Positions 38,741 to 54,112 are shown, counted from the first letter of the stretch. The stretch: DNA of 64,000 nucleotides from Chrysomallon squamiferum (GCA_012295275.1 CM022672.1:22692001-22756000), one strand, 5' to 3'. Notes: generated by a model from the sequence alone, not told the origin. Made by a program: numbers and translations.

Positions 38741-39847
38741 GGTCATTTCGTATTCAGATTATTAGCATCTCTTTTTTCATTAATTTGTTTTTTTAATACA
38801 AATGGAACAAAAACATCATGAAAAGTTATAAAATATTCATTAAGTAAATTATCTTTTCCAAGAATTTTTGTTACATTTCAAATTCTTTATAACATTCATA
38901 ATTTATTTCTTAGTGAATAGACTATTACAGGTATATAAAAACTAGATACAGGGCTCGTAAAGTTAAAGATCATGGAAGTTTGGTATTTTTCGCCAGTTTG
39001 GAAAAGCTATTTTCTCTCACATTCATTTGTGGAAGGCATGTCCTTTGTTTTAAACCTTGCTTTTTTCCAAATTTTTATATCGTTATTAATTTATTAATTT
39101 ATTTTTACATTTTTACAACAGTAAAATGAAAGTGTTTGTTATTAGTTTATATATGGCCACTTTTAAATATCACTGAATTATATTGCTCTTTTAATGTCTG
39201 ATATTTATGTTTACCAGCTGTATCGCCTGCAGTCTGAAGATGGTGATTTTCAAAATGGTGCTCATTGGTAAATGGGCATATTTATATTTGACTTAGTCAT
39301 TTTAATATTTCACTTAGTAATATTAAATAATCAAAAATAACTAAATCAGAAGAAAATCTTTATATTATCAATGAGTCTGTCTCCCAAATCTGTTGTTATC
39401 ACTTTTTGTAGCTAATTATTTCGTTGCAAAGATATCACTTGTGATTGGATCAGTTGTTGAAATAGAAATTTTTAAGAAAAAACCTAGTTATTTAGTATTG
39501 AAATATTCATGTTTAATGGTGTGTATTTTAGTGAGTGGGTGGGTGGGTGGGTGTGTATACATACATACAGACACATACACGTAATTGTGTTATATATCTA
39601 AATATATATTCATTGTTGTGATTGGTGGTTATTTTAATAAATGTATATTAGTAAGTAACTAAACAGTGATGCATATAGATACATGTATGATTGTTTGTTT
39701 TAACAACATGATAAACACAAACACACACACAGAAACACACACACACCCCAGTAATAAAGAGACATAATATATACATACAAAAAGTCCCCCTTAAATAAAA
39801 TAAATAAATAAATAAATAAATAAATAACAATAATAATAAGAATAATA

Positions 39848-39895
<48 letters not shown>

Positions 39896-40067
39896 TTATA
39901 ATAAATAAATATAAACAACAACAGAAACAAAAAACAATTAATTATACTGATATTCTTATTCAAGAAGTTAGCTGTCGGTATTATAACAAGCCCAGCGGAC
40001 TGATATGCTTTGAATAACAGCAGCTGTTTGTAGTTTGTTTTTATGAAAGAAAATTTCATTTCACACA

Positions 40068-40131
<64 letters not shown>

Positions 40132-40608
40132 ATCGTAATTTATATTTTGTACACACACAAAGAGTTAAATATTTGTATAATTATATAAATACTTCAAAAA
40201 ATTAAAATGCTCATTTCTTGACACCATTCATGAACTTAAATATATATTATGTTTATACAATTCTTATCTAATTTAAGTTCACAAATAACATACAAATAAC
40301 ATGCATATGTATCACAAAGCTTATAATATATAAACACTTATTCACTTTGTATAATACAACATCAACACTTTAACAAATACTGAGTGTACACTTGGATAAA
40401 CACTTTAAAAATGTTATGTTACTATTAGGTGGGCTCTGGTTCATTAAAGCTGGGACATCACATTATCAGTCATATCCATCAGATTCCTTGACTATTTCAC
40501 ATAGAAGTCAGTTTGAAAAAATGTATATAAAATTTAAATATGACTTTATCTAGGTAGATTTCTTGTAGCAATTATTTACTCCGATATGATTTTTAAAATT
40601 AATAATAG

Positions 40609-40655
<47 letters not shown>

Positions 40656-40729
40656 TACATACACATACATATATACATATACATAAATATATACATGCAT
40701 ACATACTTCTACTACTGCTACTACTACTA

Positions 40730-40764
<35 letters not shown>

Positions 40765-41096
40765 AGAAGACGGTAAAAAAGAAAACAGAAATCAATAAAA
40801 TCTAAATTTTATTTACATTTTATAATATATATGTATATATATAAAATTCATACAAATAAACACAAACCTGGCTCCTTTTTTATTTTTTTTATTTATTATT
40901 ATAATTCTTTTTCTTACTGTTCTCAAAAGGAATGTAATAGTAAAAGTAGTTTAACTTATAGATTTTACAAGAATCAACATACCATTAAAAACAAAATATA
41001 AATAAATAGACAAACAGAGAAACAAACAAACAAAATAAAAATAAATAAATAAATACAACTATTACTACTACTACTACTAATAATAATAATAATAAA

Positions 41097-41135
<39 letters not shown>

Positions 41136-41474
41136 GGAACAAAAAATAAAACCTAAATAAAGTAATAATCAAATCGAAATGAAAATTTAAAAAAATAACA
41201 ACAAACAAATTATTTTATAGTTAAATAGGGAACCATATTCACACATGTCAGTGTAAATAAAAAACATGAACATTATAATATAACACACAGATACACACAG
41301 AGATAAACACATTCTTCTATTTGGTCATTTTTAAATATCACTATATTATGTTGCTCTTTTAAAGTAAATTGTAATAAACATTTCATCAGTGTCCTATATT
41401 TACTTTGCCATATAAAATCAAGTGAAGATCGTTTGCAGTGAAAATGGTGCTCAACGATAAAGGTATTATATACA

Positions 41475-41508
<34 letters not shown>

Positions 41509-43700
41509 TTTTTGCAGTTAATATTTGACTCAGTCATATTAAATAATCAATAATGGCTCAATCTTCATGTGATCACTGACCTAGAAATACACTTGGGCAG
41601 CATGATGGGCATATTTTAATTATAGGAACTTCCACATTGCCAAATTTATTTTATTTTTATTTTTGCAGGTGAAGAAAATTTGTTTGAACTTCACCAGAAA
41701 GTAGAGAAAATCAAAATACATAGCAGTCATTTTATGTATGAAGATGTTTTTTGTTTTATTTACAGTAATGAACTTTGCAAAAATATCGAAATAATTCAAA
41801 CGTTTCAAATTAAATGCTTCTTTTTTTAACTTTTATTTGCCTGACATTATAATAATTATGTTAAAATACGTTTACTGTGTTTAGCTGATTAAGAAGATAA
41901 AACCAAATCTGAGTTAAACAATGTTTTGCTTTTTAAGTCTTACTGTAATGAGATGAAGGAAAGTTTAAACAAGGTTTATCACAGCCATTATCAACTCACT
42001 ATTTTTATAACTAGTATGAAATTCTAGTATTAATAACAACAAAATTACTGTTTAAACTGCTATTAGCTGCCTTCAGGTCGTTCTCTGATGATTTTGTAAT
42101 TGTGTGAAAATCAAATGATGTGTGTTTTTATTACTTGTCACAACACATATTACAATAACTATACATTATAAATCAGTATAATAATTTTAATATTAAAGTA
42201 AGAGATATAGAAAGTTACTTTTAAATGAATATAGCAATCACATTTATTTAATAATAAACTTTTGTTTTCAATGCATTTTAAATTCTGTCACAAGTTGAAT
42301 TGCAAATAATATTCTAAAAATTAAAAACCATTAGCATTGACGATTTTAGTATTAAATTGGTACCATTTATACTAATGAATTTAATTTATATTTAATACCT
42401 GTTTAGTTTAAACTTCTAGTACTGCATGGTGAGTGAGACACGTGCTCAGATGTGTTGAAATTCTTTTTCTCTTTGCCACAATATTTATTGTCACAGTATT
42501 CAATTAGTTTTCAGTTTAGTAATTCATTGTACACACTCAGATTGTGAAGAGATGAGCTAACACTTTGGTCACAGAAGATGCTGGACCTGTCATTTCATAT
42601 TCAGATTATTAGCATCTCTTTTTTAATTTTTTGTTTTAATACAAATGGAACAAAAACATCATGAAAAGTTATAAAATATTCATTAAGTAAATTATCTTTT
42701 CCAAGAATTTTTGTTACATTTCAAATTCTTTATAACATTCATAATTTGTTTCTTAGTGAATAGACTATTACAGGTATATATAATATATATACAGGGCTCA
42801 AAAAGTTAAAGATCATGGAAGTTTGGTATTTTTTGCCATTTTGGAAATGCTATTTTCTCTCACTTTCATTTATGGAAAGCATGTCCTTTGTTTTTAACTT
42901 TCATTTTTTTCCAAATTTATATATCATTATTAATTTATTTATTTTTACATTTTTATAATAATTCATACTACAGTAAAATGAAAGAGTTTGTTATTTGATT
43001 ATATATGGCCATTTTTAAATACCACTAAATTATATAGCTCTTTTAATGTCTGATATTTATGTTTACCAGATGAAATCAACTGTATCACATGCAGTCTGAA
43101 GATGGTGATTTTCAAAATGGTGCTCATTGGTAAATGGGCATATTTATATTTGACTTAGTCATTTTAATATTTCACTTAGTAATATTAAATAATCAAAAAT
43201 AACTAAATCAAAAGAAAATCTTGATATTATCACTGAGTCTGTCTCCCAAATCTGTTATCAGTTTTGTAGCTAATTATTTCGTTGCAAAGATATCAATTGT
43301 GATTGGATCAGTTGATGAAATAGAAATTCTTAAGAAAAAAACCCCTAGTGATTTAGTATCGAAATATTCATGTTTAATGGTGTGTATTTTAATGAGTGGA
43401 TGGGTAGGTGGGTGTGTATACATACATACAGGCACATACCCGTAATTGTGTTATATATCTATATATATTCATTGTTGTCATTGGTGGTTATTTTAATAAA
43501 TGTATACTAGTAAGTAGCTGTAAACAGTAATGCATATAGATATATGTATGGAGTGTTTGATTTAACAACATGATAAACACACACACACACAGACACACAC
43601 ACACACAGACACACACACACACACACACCAGTAATAATATACACATACAAAAAATTCCCCTTAAATAAATTAAACCAGTGGTTTAAAAAATAAATAAATA

Positions 43701-43758
<58 letters not shown>

Positions 43759-44431
43759 TTATAATAAATAAATAAATATAAACAACAACAAAAACAAAAA
43801 ACAATTAATTATATCAATATTCATAATCAAGAAGTTAGCTGGGACATGATACATCACATTATCAGTCATATCCAACAGATTACTGGACTATTTTACATAA
43901 AAGTCAGTTTGAAAAATGTATATAAAATTTAAATACAACTTTATCTAGGTAGCAATTATTTACGCCAATATGGATTAAAAAATTAATCATAGATTTAATA
44001 TAACAGATACAAAGAAACACACACACACAAGCATTAAACACATGCATACCTATATAAATACACACATACACATACATACACATATACACACACATTATAC
44101 ATTTACATACTTATATCTATTTATATACAAAAATAGATACATACTACTACTAATTGTTATTATTATTATCATTATTAAAGAAGACGGGGGGGAAAAAAGA
44201 AGAAAGAAACCAATAAAATCTAAATTTTATAAAAGTTATATATAAAATTGAGAAAATAAACATAAACCTGGCTTCTTTTTAATTTTATTTATTCATTATT
44301 ATAATTCTTTTTCTTACTGTTCTCAACATGAATGTAATAGTAAATGTAAAACAGAAATAAAAGTATTTTACAAAAATCAATATACCATTAAAACAAATGT
44401 AAATAAAGAAACTAACAAAAATAAATAAATA

Positions 44432-44468
<37 letters not shown>

Positions 44469-45299
44469 GAACAACAAAATAAAACCTAAATAAAATAATA
44501 ATAAAAAAAGAAATAAAACAAAACAAAATAACAACAACAAGAGCACACACACACAAACAAATCACTTCAGCCAATGATCCTGACTCATTTGTATAACACT
44601 ACTTCCAACTTCAACCTACCTCTCTCTCTCTCTTCTTCTCCTTTCCCTGGCAAAGTCTGAGACTGGGTCCGAGACAGGCATGCCTGAACCTATATTTGGT
44701 GGACATGAGCATGTTAATAGAGTTCACATACACATTGCACTCTGGCTCTTGACACTGCAGGAACTTAAACAATTGTTAGTGAAGATAGGCTTTTTTTATA
44801 GTTGGTTAACAGTGGTTTCACATATGTGCTACAGATTAGCTAAGATCAGCAATTAATTCAGGTTTATTGCTTTCATTTTAATTTGTCTGACTCTGTTGTT
44901 TATTCCTTGAACAGTGATTTTATGAGTATCTTGTATTTTAATAGCGAGTTATGTATGTGTGTATATATATATATATTTATATAACTACCAAATTACCAAT
45001 ATCACATGATCCACCCCTTTCCTCTGCTTACACAAAGAAAATATTGCACTTAACTGTATGTTAGAATGTTACTCCTAAACAATATATTACTGAAATATTA
45101 CTACATTTTAGAACTTTCACATTAATCCTTGTCTTTTCGGATCATGTGGAATCTGCTGGAAGACTGTCCCCATCACAGAGATACTCTTGAATATTATTAT
45201 TCCTGTAGCAAATGCTTGTTCAGCAATAGCATTTCAATGGGGTTGATTTTAAGTAACGAACCATATGTTGTCTCTCGACAGTAACATCAAGTCTTTTTT

Positions 45300-46220
45300 T
45301 TTAAAATATTCTACGATGTTGAAAACAATGAAATTAAAATTGAGAAAGAACCATAATGCTAGGTGTCAAAGGTAAGGAAGCCACTAGAAAGTAGAGTTAG
45401 GAAAATCATCAGTCATGAAACTGAGACCATTAACCATTGTACACAAATGTATTTTGCTGCCAATCAAGATTGGTTGCTCACAGACACAAAATGTACTAAA
45501 AAAAAAAAAAAAAACCTTTGTTGCTTCATGATGGATCAAAAACAACAAACAAGAACATCAGACTGACTGATACAACTGTTCAAGTTTCAAGTTCACAGGT
45601 CAAGATGGAAGGTCAGTTCACAGACAAGAGTGCTTTTCCTTTGCTACTTTCATCAAGAAAAAGAACTCTTGATGTTGAATAAAAAATTGAAATTTGAAAA
45701 AGAAGTGCAGACTCTGATGAAAGAAAGAATAAAACTGCCAGGATGTCACTTAAAAGAACAATGCACAGAGTTAACTGATTTAAATAATAAATGAAAACAC
45801 CTGTCAGCGAAATTGAAAAATCAAAATAAAGACAATATCAAATTTAAATGATCGTCATGATGAAATGATTATAAATTTCCTTCATCCAACAATATATATA
45901 TATATAGGTTCTTTGCAGTGCAGTGTTTTTTCACTGGTCATCAAAATGGGACGTTTGCAGATTTGATGAACAATGTTGTGCTGCCTCTGCAAGGAAATTC
46001 AAGGAAAATGTGGACTTTTTCTGAATCCTATCTAAAGTTATCAGATAAGAAATACTCTAAATAAATTACTTATTTTGGATTAGAAAATATCTGACATTGA
46101 TTGGAATGACTCTGGAGCAGGATACCATTTGTATATCAGATAATCTGTATATCAGTTAGTAAAACACAGTTACTTGGTTTACAAGAATGTGTTGTTAGAT
46201 ATTACTTTAGAGGTTAATGA
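45300..46220 (+). mobile_element. Possible highly decayed THAP/Harbinger-type transposase relic
   Basis: Fragmentary FFTG and IS..VS...TW...M-like motifs among many stops. Confidence 0.3.
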
Positions 46221-46689
46221 ATTAGATAATCTGACAATACCCACGGCTGTATATATAAAGAGTACAAATTATATACTACAATGTCATTGCTCTGACTGAT
46301 TTTTGCTTCAATATTCATAACATCTGCTGTGACAGAATTTTTATATTTATCTGCCTTCAGATATGTGTATTTTGTTTGCACTCTTCTAAACGTTTCTGAA
46401 ATTAAAGTAAAAAAAAAAAGAAAAAGAAATGAAGAAATTGTTATTAAAAAAATGTACTGATTATGTTCCTCCATCCAAATATTTATCAATTTGTCAATAT
46501 GTTTTGTGAAATTAAATGTTTTGAATGGTTTTTTTTTTTTTTTTTTTTTTTTGGGGGGAGGGGGTTGTATGTGTGTGTGTGTTAATAATTTCTTTTTGCT
46601 TTTTATTAACAAGTGGTTTATCTACAGAAATATTGCAGAAACATTATATGTTAAAATAAACTTTATTTTCCAAGGCCACAGTCAGGTAA

Positions 46690-46982
46690 GTGTTATTCAG
46701 AAAAACATCACACTCTGGGAACATGTCCTCTGCCACAAGGTCTACAATACTGTAAAGTCAGAGCTATGTACTAGCTACAAATCATGGAACATTTAGCCGA
46801 ATATCCTTGCCGATGTTCACATAACACATAAATTTTATATATACACACATTATTTTTTCCCGCGGCCTCGCAGGTGGTAGCAGGAGTGTTCTGTTTTCGA
46901 TCACTTTCATCGCAGTTTGGAAGTCGTTTTCCTGAAGTCGGGTGCTCTGTCTAAAATCGTCCTCATCCTCATCTGTCTAATC
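46690..46982 (-). pseudogene. Exon 2 of locus 5: Asp-stop followed by a decayed RING-like relic
   Basis: Acceptor TTTTATGCAG|GATTAG. Downstream frames give IENRTLL..REKIMC, YCRPCG, TC/PEC and NTYL, resembling an IAP C-terminal RING broken by stops and frameshifts. Confidence 0.5.
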
Positions 46983-47467
46983 CTGCATAAAACAGAGAAA
47001 ATGTGCATGATCATATTTATGAACATTTAACATTACCTTTTTATTTATTATTTTTTATCGAGGTGAATTGCATCTAGGAAAGAGGCGATGCGCATGCGTT
47101 TATTTATAGGTTTATTAAACGACCTATCACTGATCCAATGAGAACAGCTTGGGGATAACATTGTCGTTGCTACCACGTGATTAAAAATAATTTACACTGC
47201 TCAACTTTACATGGGGTTTGTTCCACGCACTAATCACAGAAGGTGTAAACGCTAAGGCATCAATATATTGATGGCCATATATGGATGTAATAATATGACG
47301 TTTCAAGTATCTGGGAATGCTGGGGACATAAACAAAAAATCAATAGGTTCGCCCGCAAAGCCTGAATTAGCACAAAATTACCATCTTTTTCTAGGTATGT
47401 TACAAAATGTTCAAAATTATTATATTCCTAAAACATTAAACATCATTAGAAAGAGACAGAGAAAAAA

Positions 47468-47509
<42 letters not shown>

Positions 47510-48292
47510 CATATTCAAGTGACACCAAGATCTCTGATAGCACTGATACGAAAAAAAGTCACGAATTTGTATCGGTACAATTTGCGGGTATTTTTCCTTC
47601 GTAATCTGAGAAAGTGTGATACGTTTCTGTCATTTTGAAGCATAAACACTGAATATCTCATATAGCTTAAATCCACTATATATGCATTATATTAAAATGA
47701 AGCTTTTTATGAGTTCTAAACATGTACTGTATTTTTAAGCAAGTTGCTAATACTCTTGAATTTTGATTAATTAATTAATCGAACTAATTAGCTGAAATTT
47801 TATCGTATGTCAATGTTTGTCAACACGGGTCTGATCCAATCAGAAAGCGGGCTGATAAAGCGTGTTGAAATTGAGTACGGTAGTAGCTAGTAGTACATCT
47901 ATATGGGAAACATATTTTGATTGCTGAACTAACCCAAGATTTTACAGTGATCGATGACTTTGTTTAGGTTTTCAGAAAGCTTTTTTTCATCAAAACGTTG
48001 GTAAGCTTCTCCGAGATCAATATTCAACAATCGAAAGCGAGGTTGTAGCAACATGTGTAAACTATGTCATCAAACTTAATTTCTTTAAAAAGATTTTTCA
48101 AATGGACCGACAGAAACACTTTTGTTCAAGTAGCATGTTGTGTAATAAAAAGCAAATGTTCGTCTTTTCAAAGCAATGTTTGTTGTCATAAAAGATTTTC
48201 TTCTAATTAAACAAAACAAAAAACAAAAACAAAACAAAAAAAGAAGAGAAAAAAATCATACCCGTTCACTCAACAATACATATGATACTAAC

Positions 48293-48895
48293 CTGATTTT
48301 CTTGAAGTTCCAAAACAGCTTCGAAGAGTAAAACTGCACTTGGAAAATCAGAACCATCTTTGCTTTTCCGATTATCAACAGCCTTTTGAATGAGTTCAAT
48401 AGAGTATCCCATTTCCAAAACTGCCTGGATCGCTGGGCTGTAAGCGTAATTACTGCCTGAACTATCAGTGGTTATTGCTGCGTGAGTCACGGGTTTTAAA
48501 AAACCGCTGTTGTCGGCTTCAATGCAACTCTTTTCAACAACATTCGTTTTATTTTCAGTAATTTTCCTTATTTCGTCAATGTCCATTTTGTAAGCAAATT
48601 CACAATTCGTAGCCCATTCTTTTCCAACAATTGTTGGAAAATCATCGACTTCGCAGTCGGTCAGTTGACAGTGATAACATCTTGTGTGGAAAAATCCGGA
48701 AGGAGTCAAAATGCCGGGTTGCTGCAAGGCCGGTAAGAATCTACGACAATAGCACAACGTTAGTCCACCCCATCTTGCAGGATCGGCCGATCCTAAACAA
48801 GCCGCAATCCTCTTGAGATGCATAATTTGGAGAAACTGTCGCCTCCATGTCGTTTGCGATAATAAAAGCCACACACTGCTCTTTCGCAGCACCAA
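48293..48895 (-). pseudogene. IAP derivative with scrambled BIR2 remnants and an intact UBA (locus 5), exon 1
   Basis: Fragments GSADPAR-GLTL and LQQPGILTPSGFF-RCYHC-DDFP-KEWATNCEF, with the zinc-ligand His lost. UBA AIQAVLEMGYSIEL. Donor CAG|GTTAGT at 48293/48292. Confidence 0.8.
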
Positions 48896-48958
48896 TCACA
48901 ATACAGGCAACGACGATGCTTGATGTCCATTCGTCAATTGTTACTTGATTACAAATCA

Positions 48959-48968
48959 GGGGAATTCC
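48959..48968. promoter_or_regulatory. NF-kB site upstream of locus 5
   Basis: GGGGAATTCC, an exact match to GGGRNWYYCC. Confidence 0.55.
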
Positions 48969-49018
48969 GAATTATGTTACTAAAATTAAACCAGCCTTTA
49001 TTTGCTGAAATATAAATT

Positions 49019-49511
49019 CACTGGTACCTTGACTAACAAATTTAATTCGTTCCGTGACCCATCTCATAACTCAGTTTGTTCCCATATCAAATCAATTTTC
49101 TCAACTGAAATATCATTAATCCGTTCCAGCCCACCCAAAAAAAAAAAAAACCCACTCGTACTGCCTAGCCAAGTCGACTACATGCACACCTCGCTCATGT
49201 TTTTCTATGATTACATGTTAATTCAATGGACATCATCCGCTTCTTCTTCTCAGCACTGTCCTTTTCATTCACTTTTTTAAGATTCATGGTCAGAAAAAAG
49301 AAAATTGGCAGAATACAGCTCAAAACGCGAACACAACACAACAGAGATGCTTCCACGGCCAGTTAACCACGTGAGATGCGGGATGCTGGCTGGATGTTGT
49401 TAGTTGCGCCAGCTAGCGGCGGCGTTTCTGAAGCTCGCTCGAAACTCAGAGTAAAACTTCGACCAATCGACAGTTCGTAACTCGGAAAACTCGTAAGTCG
49501 AGCTACCAATG
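49019..49511. mobile_element. pogo/Tigger-like non-autonomous element upstream of locus 5
   Basis: Terminal inverted repeats CACTGGTACCTTGACTAAC / GTAAGTCGAGCTACCAATG; interior shared with 20612-20840. Confidence 0.65.
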
Positions 49512-49862
49512 AAGTTTATTTAGTAATAAGACGAACATCAATTATATTACTATTATATAAATGTCGATAGACTGTACATGTTTTACATATTTAGGAAATG
49601 AATATTCACAATTTTTTTTATACAGGCACTACTCACTTAACAGTCAAGTTCAGATCAACTTGGCCTATAAGCCGTACCCATATTTCAATACATATATACT
49701 GAAGTGGGTTTGCATCAATCATGAGGAGATTTTAAAAAAAATGTTTATTATGTCTTTTTGGATGATTTCATTAAACTGATCAACAAATTTTTTACTGTCT
49801 GCATTTGCCGTCGCACCGCTGATATTCCAATTATTATGAATTAAGGAGATGAACTGTGACTT

Positions 49863-50129
49863 CAGTAGCATGCAGAGGGGGGCTGAAGGAGCAGTGGCTC
49901 TGGGCATCCAAATGGATAGGGGAATCCACTCAGAGAAAAGAACTTAATAAATTTGGTTGGTTTATATTTAAATCAAATAAAGTGCTTATTTCATTTTCAT
50001 CTGTGTTTACATATTCAAAATATCTTCCTTTCTGATAATATTTCTCAGTACTAGGGCTCATACTTGAGTCTTTGGGGCATACAATCATGGAGCTGGCCCC
50101 AGGCATCACCAGACCTCTGCATACTACTG
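49863..50129. mobile_element. hAT-like MITE
   Basis: TIRs CAGTAGCATGCAGAGG / CCTCTGCATACTACTG (15/16). Decayed 8-bp flanks TGTGACTT / CATGGCTT. Confidence 0.75.
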
Positions 50130-50394
50130 CATGGCTTGCCGTAAATTTACTGCCTGCTGGAATTATTCAAGGTATGCTTTTTTTCTTGTATATGGTCATC
50201 AAACCAGATGGCCAGTAATTTCTCCATTTATGAGCAAGGCTTTTCCAGTGTCTACATATTATTATGGCTTTAAATCTTGTCGCTGACACTTTGACATTTG
50301 TTGACTTCATTTTCATCTCAAGCAACCAATAATGATTGTAACCGAGATCTGAACTGTAGTCTAGTCTGCTCCAAAATTTAGTTGGATTGTGTGC

Positions 50395-50770
50395 TACCGT
50401 AGAATTTATGGAGTTAAAACCATTCAAACTGTAGTATGTGTACTTGATAAATTTGCATTTAAAAGTGCATAAACGTTGTTGAAAATACAACTTTGCATTT
50501 AATAAACATTTAAATGATTTCATACTTTATTTTCCTTACAAGATAGGCATAACAGTATATTTACTTTAGCTGGATTTGAATTATTATTATTATTACTGTG
50601 TATTTGTATGTCATCATTCGAACAAGGATCAATTATTATATTGGATTAATGCAATTTTCATATCCATGGTATCAGCAGTTGTAGCAGTTTAGCTACTTTA
50701 AGGATTGTGGCTTATAAGCATTTAAGTGCTACAATATTATAAGTCAGATTTTCCCAGTGATACTAATTTG
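50395..50770. repeat. ~370-bp diverged direct repeat (second copy 51700-52090)
   Basis: CGTAGAATTTATGGAGTTAAA..ATAAGCATTTAAGT is present in both copies. Confidence 0.75.
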
Positions 50771-50772
50771 TG

Positions 50773-51087
50773 CTAATTAAATATGAATTTGGGTCTGTTT
50801 ATGCTGTCAAAGGCTTTCCTGTAATCAACAAAACAATACAGATTCTTCCTGCTACTGAATTGTATGATTTGATGCCCTGCTTCTTTTTTGGTAATTTGCA
50901 CCACAAGTTTAACAAGGACACAAAAAATCAAATCTGCCTCAACTGAGCTTATTTCTTCCTGGACAGGCACAGTAAATGAATATGACATAGTGTGCCTTGT
51001 AGATTTTCTGAGAAATTGGACTTCATAGTCCCCATTATCAACTTTTAGTTGTGTGATTTCACAGATGTATTGAACAATGCTCTTCAT
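50773..51087 (-). mobile_element. DNA-transposase C-terminal fragment fused to a LINE RT fragment
   Basis: DYEVQFLRK..F.VP..EEISSV (transposase-associated tail), then LYCFVDYRKAFDSINR (RT motif; repeated at ~53085-53130). Confidence 0.55.
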
Positions 51088-53486
51088 CAGCTCTGCTTAT
51101 AATTTATCTTCTGTCCATGTCCCGTTCTTCCTTTCTAGGCATTCTTTTTATACCAGATACAGCAGTCTAGTCTATCCTGAAGAAAAGTAATACCAGTAAT
51201 TAATTACCTATCAAATAGCATTGATTTAATAGCTATATATTCCTCTGAAATGCAGTGGGATTCAGTGAGCCACCTGCCCATGGTCCCCAACACCACTTTC
51301 ATTATGTTAGCCCAGTGTGCCAAAGAACCACATGGCTGATCATCTAAAACTGTATTTAGAAGTCAAAAGGAATTACTAACAAAAAACACAAACCTTTACA
51401 GAATCTATGAAATGTGTATTATCACCTCAACATTAAATTAACAAAACATAACAAAATTACTCAAGGTAGTCAGTAACCTACTTTTTAATTGGTGTGTTGA
51501 TGGACTGTTTAAAAGCTCTCTCAACAATATGGGTGAAGACTACATGTATAGTATTTCCATTGATGGTGGATAGATGTCACTACCATTTTACAACCAGACG
51601 TTTATGGGGTGGCTCAAAGGTCCCCAGTTTCCCCTACAGACTGAGATCTCAAGTATAGTACTCCAGTTCGCCAATATTTACATTAACAGATTGCATGCTA
51701 TCGTAGAATTTATGGAGTTAAATCTATTAAAGCTATAGTATGTGTACGTGATAACTTTTTATTTAAAAGTGTATAGACATTGTTGAAAATACTACTTTTT
51801 AATAAACATTTAAATCTTTTTATACTTTATTTTCCTTACAAGATAAATATAAGAGTATATTTAATGTTGCTGAACTTGAATTATTACTATTATTATTACT
51901 GTGTATTTGTATAACAACATTCAATCAAGGATCAATTATACTTTTTACCATTAATTACTATATTTGATTAATGCAATTTTGGTATCATGGTAACATATCA
52001 TTAATGAAGAGGTATAATTTTTGTTGCAATTTATTTACTTTAAGGTATGTGGCTCATAAGCATTTAAGTACATACAGTATTATAAATCATATAAAAATAA
52101 TCATCAGCATAAACAAACAAATGGATAAGTATTTGGAGAATGGAGAGTTAAACATGTAATGCATATTTTAAATAGTTTCTTATGTTTCTATTCTGAACAT
52201 ACAGAAATTGTATTAATTTAAAACAGACGGTCTGTACTTGATAAACACCTTAAATTATTAGATTTTGTCTATTTCTTGAATACAGTGATCTGACATGGGC
52301 ATGTTAACACATTTTATAAATATTGCTTGATTATTAACTTGCTGATTACACCATACATCTCCAAATCCTAAAAGAAAATACTAAATGCTATGCACGGTGG
52401 AGCCTGTTGAAAGATACCTGACTTTGTAACACATCATCAGTTATTGATTTCAAGATGAAATACTTTGTTTCTAAAAGCTTTAACTTATAGTTACCAATTC
52501 TTAATGTACGTATTACATGTAAAGGCAGTCTTCCTAATTCTGTTACCTTTTATCACATTAAATATCATTTTACAAAAATCCAAATTAACTTTTTCTACAT
52601 GAACTGGGTTTCCTTATTAAGCAATAGATTGTTACATAGTCTGAGAGTATGACCCATGGTTTTTCGGCCTTGTAAGGCAGTTAATTTTTGAGGTTTTGTA
52701 AATTTTCCACTGTATTTTAATGTTAATTCAAGATAATTAAAATTATCAGCCACTTAGATTATATCATTATTGTAAGTTCATTGTCTTTAGTGGTAATTTT
52801 TTAAAACAACAATTTGTTTTTCTTTTCTATACTGACATCAATATTCCATTTAGTACTATTATGAGTCCAATATCTTTTGCAGACAATCAAAAGACACTGA
52901 CAGCAGCACAGAACTGTCTGCCTACATTGAGAAACAGTGAAATATGTTGGCTCACTAGAACCTTTAAATAACTTGTACACCTTGCACAAGTCCTGTGTTA
53001 CTATTGAAAAAGTCACAAAAAAACAGTTTGGAATTTTACATGTCTTTAAGATCCCGTAGATTGATTTAAAGGTATGGATACCATTTTGTGCTTTCCTGTA
53101 ATCAACAAAATAATACAGGTTCTTCTTACATCCCAGTGGTTTCAAGATCAAATAATGAAGAGCAAAATACAGCATCAGCTGTACCATAACCAGGTTTAAA
53201 ACCAAACTGTGCATCTATCACAATATTAATTTTAGCTGACCATTAAGCAGTCTATTATTTAAAACAGAGGTGAAGATTTATTCAGTGTTATTCCTGTATA
53301 ACTATTCAGATTATTAGCATCTTATTTTAAACAATGGAATAATTATACCTTCAAACCATCTATGAGGAAAGTTTCCACTTTCAAATATAACATTAAACAA
53401 ACGACATAAAATAGGAAAAAACATCATGAAAAGTTATAAAATATTCATTTAGTAAATTATCTTTCCCATGAGTTTTTGTTACAAAA

Positions 53487-54112
53487 CTGGCATCGAAGTT
53501 GCTAGTCGCCAAAGTTCCGTTTAGGCAACTGGACGATAAAAAAAAGTTATAACACAAGAACTACTATTAATAATTTTATCCCACATATTTTTTTCACATA
53601 AAAGGTTTGATCGTAGTTCGATAAATTGGACATACAGGCTTACCTTAATGTGCCAACACTATTTCATAAACACTAATTTTATAGGCCGGATATACAAGTA
53701 TTTAACTGTAGTCTTGATAAACAAAAACCGCGAGTCTCACCTACCCAGTATCGTAAAACCGATCGAGACTATCCTGATCATCTCGGCCGAATACGCGGAC
53801 AAATCCAAACTTTCTGTCGTCTGTTTCGCGGTGTCCGATTTCTGGGTTCTTTCTGTTTGAATTGATTTGTTTGATTGGTTGGTTAATTTGATATTTATTG
53901 AAAAGACTAATCTTACTTCATAATTTAATGATCAAGTATACGTTTTCCTTCACTTAAAAGCTGAAATAAGAATATTTTCTGTTTGGGCTACCAAAAACAA
54001 ATTTGGGCGATAGATTATTATTATTAATTTTTTTTTTCAAAATTAAAATTTAGTGGCTCAAATGTTACAATTTTTTTGGCCACAATGCATTTCAGACGAG
54101 TTTCGAGCCCTG
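53487..54112. mobile_element. Probable hAT-like non-autonomous insertion in a diverged copy of the repeat block (53310-54960)
   Basis: CpG-rich insert ending TTTCGAGCCCTG (reverse complement CAGGGCTCGAAA); the left end is degenerate. Confidence 0.4.

Larger units (their letters stand above)
31196..44888. repeat. Segmental duplication unit III plus a gene-less partial unit (40521-44888)
   Basis: High similarity to unit II; 41377-44888 matches 24843-28188. Confidence 0.9.
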
